DNA from: Acidobacteriaceae bacterium
GTDB lineage: Bacteria; Patescibacteriota; Doudnabacteria; UBA920; O2-02-FULL-48-8
Direction: 5' to 3'
DNA length: 52,504 bases
NCBI GenBank assembly: GCA_050258715.1
Contig: JBLMZH010000016.1
Coordinates: forward strand, 1 to 52,504
Shown here: piece after piece, positions 49,901 to 52,504 of the stretch
Layout: the number at the start of each line of letters is the position of its first letter
Numbering within the stretch: the stretch's first letter is position 1
Position numbers and translations under genes: made by a program
The notes under the pieces: model-generated
The model's database searches: none
What the model saw: the letters and a program-made list of their open reading frames with translations, nothing else
Told to the model about the DNA's origin: nothing

Positions 49901-50626
49901 TCAGCCTTGCGGGAAGTTTCTAATGCCGTGGGCTTTGGAATAGGCCAGAACCGGATCCTCCCAGGAATGCACGAGGTTGTCGTTTTCGAATACGACTTCC
50001 GCCACCCGATTCTGGGAAAAATCATCGATGGCTTCGATCTGGACCTCATGTTCGACAGGCAAAACGCGGGCCTGCAAAGTCGGGACTTCATCCGTGGAAT
50101 AGATCGGGACCCGCCTCATCTTGATGACAGTGCCCTGGTCAAAGTCCTTGGCGACGCGCTGGCTCACCGCCTCGGTCCAGAAGTTGCGCTGGGTGACGCC
50201 TACGAAGTTGAGCCGCGCGGAATGAACGCGGCGGCCGTACATGCCCTTGCCGCCGAAATCCCGATGGTCGGGGCGAAGCGGCCCCGGATGCTGGTTGATC
50301 ATCATGTTGCCGTATTTTTCGATGATCGTTGAAGGAGTCAGCGGCAGCCAGCCGAGTTGGGCAACGAAATCGACTTCGTGGCAGCGAAGCCAGGATCTCA
50401 GAGCCTGCCCGAAAGCTTCCCGACATCCCCCGTACCAACGGGGGTCGGTTACGATGACTTTTGAGGGCGGCAGGCCTTCTACCAAGGCCTTTTCGATTCC
50501 CCCTGCCAAGACGTTGCTCGCGATCACGCACACGACTTCCGCGTAAGCAAGCTGTCCAGACTTGCAGGCCTGAATGACCTTCTGCATGGTTGTGCCGCCG
50601 CCTGAAATGAGCGCGGCGATCCTCAT
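49901..50626 (-). CDS. Divergent formyltransferase (PurN-like)
   Basis: MRIAALISGGGTTMQ.. N-terminus. INQHPGPL replaces the usual NIHPSLLP, keeping N and H, and a downstream D lies in DFDQG. SD GAGAGGA lies before ATG 50626. Confidence 0.7.
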   Translation of the reverse strand: MRIAALISGGGTTMQKVIQACKSGQLAYAEVVCVIASNVLAGGIEKALVEGLPPSKVIVTDPRWYGGCREAFGQALRSWLRCHEVDFVAQLGWLPLTPSTIIEKYGNMMINQHPGPLRPDHRDFGGKGMYGRRVHSARLNFVGVTQRNFWTEAVSQRVAKDFDQGTVIKMRRVPIYSTDEVPTLQARVLPVEHEVQIEAIDDFSQNRVAEVVFENDNLVHSWEDPVLAYSKAHGIRNFPQG

Positions 50627-50732
50627 CTTGTTTCCTCTCACGTTATCCTCCTTATCAAACAAAAAGATCACTAGTCCGTGATCCAATATAGTAGCATTTC
50701 AGGGGAGAATTTAGCAAACATGGGGAAGCTCG

Positions 50733-50835
50733 AAATTCTAAGCTCTAAACTCTAAACAAGCTCAAAATTCAAATGCTCAAATGTTCAAAAAAATACATTT
50801 GTTGTTTAGAACTTAGGGTTTAGGATTTAGGATTT
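50733..50835. repeat. Inverted arrays of 7-nt units (CTCTAAA / TTTAGGR) forming a long imperfect palindrome
   Basis: The left arm aaattctaagctctaaactctaaacaa pairs with the right arm ttgtttagaacttagggtttaggatttaggattt (imperfect reverse complement). Confidence 0.55.
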
Positions 50836-50873
50836 AAAAAAGGCCGCAGCGGGTTTGAAACCACGCTGCAGCC
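50835..50873 (-). terminator. Intrinsic terminator
   Basis: Minus strand GGCTGCAGCG-12 nt-CGCTGCGGCC followed by TTTTTTA. Confidence 0.65.
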
Positions 50874-50902
50874 AGCGAATGCGAATGACATTCGAAAAGA
50901 TG

Positions 50903-51304
50903 CTACCAACTCAGGAGAATTGCCGCAACGATAGCGGCCAGGAAACCAGCGGCCTTGGTGACCGTCAACCCCGTCATCACAACCTGGTAGATCGCCGGGA
51001 TTGCGACCTGGACAACGATCATGAGCACAAAGAGCGTGCCGACGTTCTGCGGAATGGCTTTCGCCAGCATTCCGTTGAATTGCAGAACGCCGACCGCGGC
51101 CACGACACCCGCTCCGATCGCCATTACCCAATTTGCATCGAGTGTCGCCACGCCGCCCTTGAGAGCAAACGGTACGACGAAGAGGAAGACAACTCCGCTG
51201 AACACGGCAGAGGACACGCTGCCAGGCAGGCCGCTCCTATTCATAAGCAGCGGCCAGATCCCGAAGAACACTCCTGCCAGAAGCGCCTTGATCTGAAGTT
51301 CCAT
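50903..51304 (-). CDS. Small 4-TM membrane protein (DMT/EamA-like half-transporter?)
   Basis: Based on the hydrophobicity pattern only. Confidence 0.55.
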   Translation of the reverse strand: MELQIKALLAGVFFGIWPLLMNRSGLPGSVSSAVFSGVVFLFVVPFALKGGVATLDANWVMAIGAGVVAAVGVLQFNGMLAKAIPQNVGTLFVLMIVVQVAIPAIYQVVMTGLTVTKAAGFLAAIVAAILLSW

Positions 51305-51376
51305 GTCCGGGTTCCTTTCAAAAAAAGGCAGGCGGAGAAAGTTCCCCGCCTGCTCCTTGTGGTCAGCAACCTTCCG

Positions 51377-52051
51377 TCACTTCGACCAGGATGCTCCGAC
51401 AAAGAACATCCACTTGCCGGTGTTGCCGTTGTAGGTCGTGCTCCCGCTGACGCTGATGTTCCGCATGACCTTGGCCGTGTACTTGAGCCCAGGCAGATCA
51501 TTGGCCGGTTCGTCCAGAAACCACAGCCGGGCGTAGGTCAGGCCGACCGGGCCCACGGACAACTCGAAGCTCGAGATGTAGCCGACGAACATCTTTTGGG
51601 TGTTCTCCGGCTTGCCGTCGTTCTCGAACCTCCAGGACTTTGGCTCCCAGGCGAAGAAGCACGGCCACTGCAGAGTGCTGGCCGCTACTCTTTGCCCGCC
51701 TAAGTGCCCGAGCGAAACTTCGGCAGTGCCGTATGGCCCGATCCAAGGCGAACCCTGGAAGTGCCCGGCCGATCCGCCGATTGCGGCTGAATACCGGCTG
51801 TTCCCCAGCTTCTTGCCGACGACGACCCAGGCCTGCTCCTGCTGGGCAGTCACCTCGACGAAGGTCCTTTTCTCGTTGGTGAGCTGAAGCGTGCCGACCA
51901 GTCCGCTGGAAACCGCGTCCTCTCCGGAACCCGCCGAAACGAATGACACCTGGAAGCCCTTGGGCTTCTCTTCCTCTTCCTGCGCGAAGACCGACGGAAC
52001 GAAGAGGAAAAACAGTGCAACGAGTGCGACGAAACGATTTCGAAATAGCAT
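51377..52051 (-). CDS. Secreted hypothetical protein, beta-rich
   Basis: Signal peptide ..FLFVPSVFAQ, with alternating hydrophobic patterns. Confidence 0.55.
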   Translation of the reverse strand: MLFRNRFVALVALFFLFVPSVFAQEEEEKPKGFQVSFVSAGSGEDAVSSGLVGTLQLTNEKRTFVEVTAQQEQAWVVVGKKLGNSRYSAAIGGSAGHFQGSPWIGPYGTAEVSLGHLGGQRVAASTLQWPCFFAWEPKSWRFENDGKPENTQKMFVGYISSFELSVGPVGLTYARLWFLDEPANDLPGLKYTAKVMRNISVSGSTTYNGNTGKWMFFVGASWSK

Positions 52052-52243
52052 CGCAATCCTCCTTAAGACTGCTCTAGCAGAATCTATACTGGCAGAAATG
52101 TGCTATCTGGCACAGAATAAAAAATTATACTACAAATCCTAAGCGCTGTCAATGCTGTTCCGAATCAGCAAAAAGGCGAAAATTTACAAAACAAAAGGAC
52201 GGCCGAATAAGTTTCGGTCGCCCTTGTTAGCGTCGGTCTTGGG

Positions 52244-52438
52244 CTAGACGGTCGCACGTCCGATCTGCTTCAGCCGCCGGTCGATCAACATGATCTCGAG
52301 CTTCTTGGCAGGCTCAGTCAGCAGGTCAGTGCTTTGGATCCTCTCCCTTTCGTCCAGCAGCTGGCGGGCTGAACAGCACTCTACCCGCAAAGTGTAGAAA
52401 GGAACCGGCCGTGTCTGTTCAGGCATCATCCCCTCCAT
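52244..52438 (-). CDS. Small hypothetical ORF (weak)
   Basis: ORF only, in a GC-rich region where spurious ORFs are common. Confidence 0.25.
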   Translation of the reverse strand: MEGMMPEQTRPVPFYTLRVECCSARQLLDERERIQSTDLLTEPAKKLEIMLIDRRLKQIGRATV

Positions 52439-52504
52439 TGCCGAAAGTGTAACACTGCCCGGGCTAAAGAGAAAGGCCGGCGCACGCGAACGAGGACGCC
52501 CGCC

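Noticed and set aside
48502-51703. Long ORFs overlapping purD, the purN-like gene and the small membrane-protein gene (48502-49251, 49637-50332, 50855-51703 and others)
   Set aside because: They overlap well-supported genes in a GC-rich region. The translations are Arg/Gly/Pro-rich with no motifs.

Overview
This 52.5-kb chromosomal segment looks like it comes from a small-genome uncultivated bacterium. A Patescibacteria/CPR-like origin is an inference from gene content only: type IV pilin-like proteins, lamin-tail-domain and DUF11-like surface proteins, a eukaryote-like ArgRS, a type-2 IleRS, and many small membrane or secreted hypotheticals. Most genes are on the minus strand.

Housekeeping genes:
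- rsmA, a UvrD/PcrA-family helicase, recO, ileS, argS and smpB.
- The infC-rpmI-rplT operon.
- A Y-family polymerase (dinB), purD and a divergent purN-like gene.

RNA features invisible to the ORF track:
- tRNA-His (5322-5396) and tRNA-Arg(UCU) (8077-8151).
- A tmRNA (22556-22942) convergent with smpB.
- Two T-box-type leaders. The one upstream of ileS has a textbook antiterminator. The one upstream of argS is less certain.
- About 20 intrinsic terminators and several near-consensus sigma70-type promoters.

A partial ORF of more than 1,100 codons (1-3379, minus strand) is absent from the track because its stop lies outside the window. It encodes an SBBP and delta-60-repeat surface protein.

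Accessory content:
- Three tandem GT4 glycosyltransferases.
- A split MprF with inverted gene order.
- A pilin / DUF2795 / pilin-head fusion / LTD / cupredoxin surface cluster.
- TspO, a cupin and a pterin dehydratase.

Most noteworthy observations:
1. An apparently intact histidine-phosphatase (PGM-family) domain is inserted inside the IleRS catalytic core.
2. T-box leaders sit upstream of two consecutive aaRS genes.
3. A GIY-YIG ORF is bracketed by the tRNA-His 3' end and a degenerate copy of that end.
4. A start-less 4-Cys ORF sits in an AT-rich patch abutting the tmRNA 3' end.
5. A 1-kb ORF-poor, hairpin-dense region carries a duplicated module.
6. Long inverted repeats built from 7-nt tandem units lie upstream of three minus-strand genes.
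7. A GC-rich terminal block carries purD and the purN-like gene.

All calls rest on manual reading. No database searches were run.
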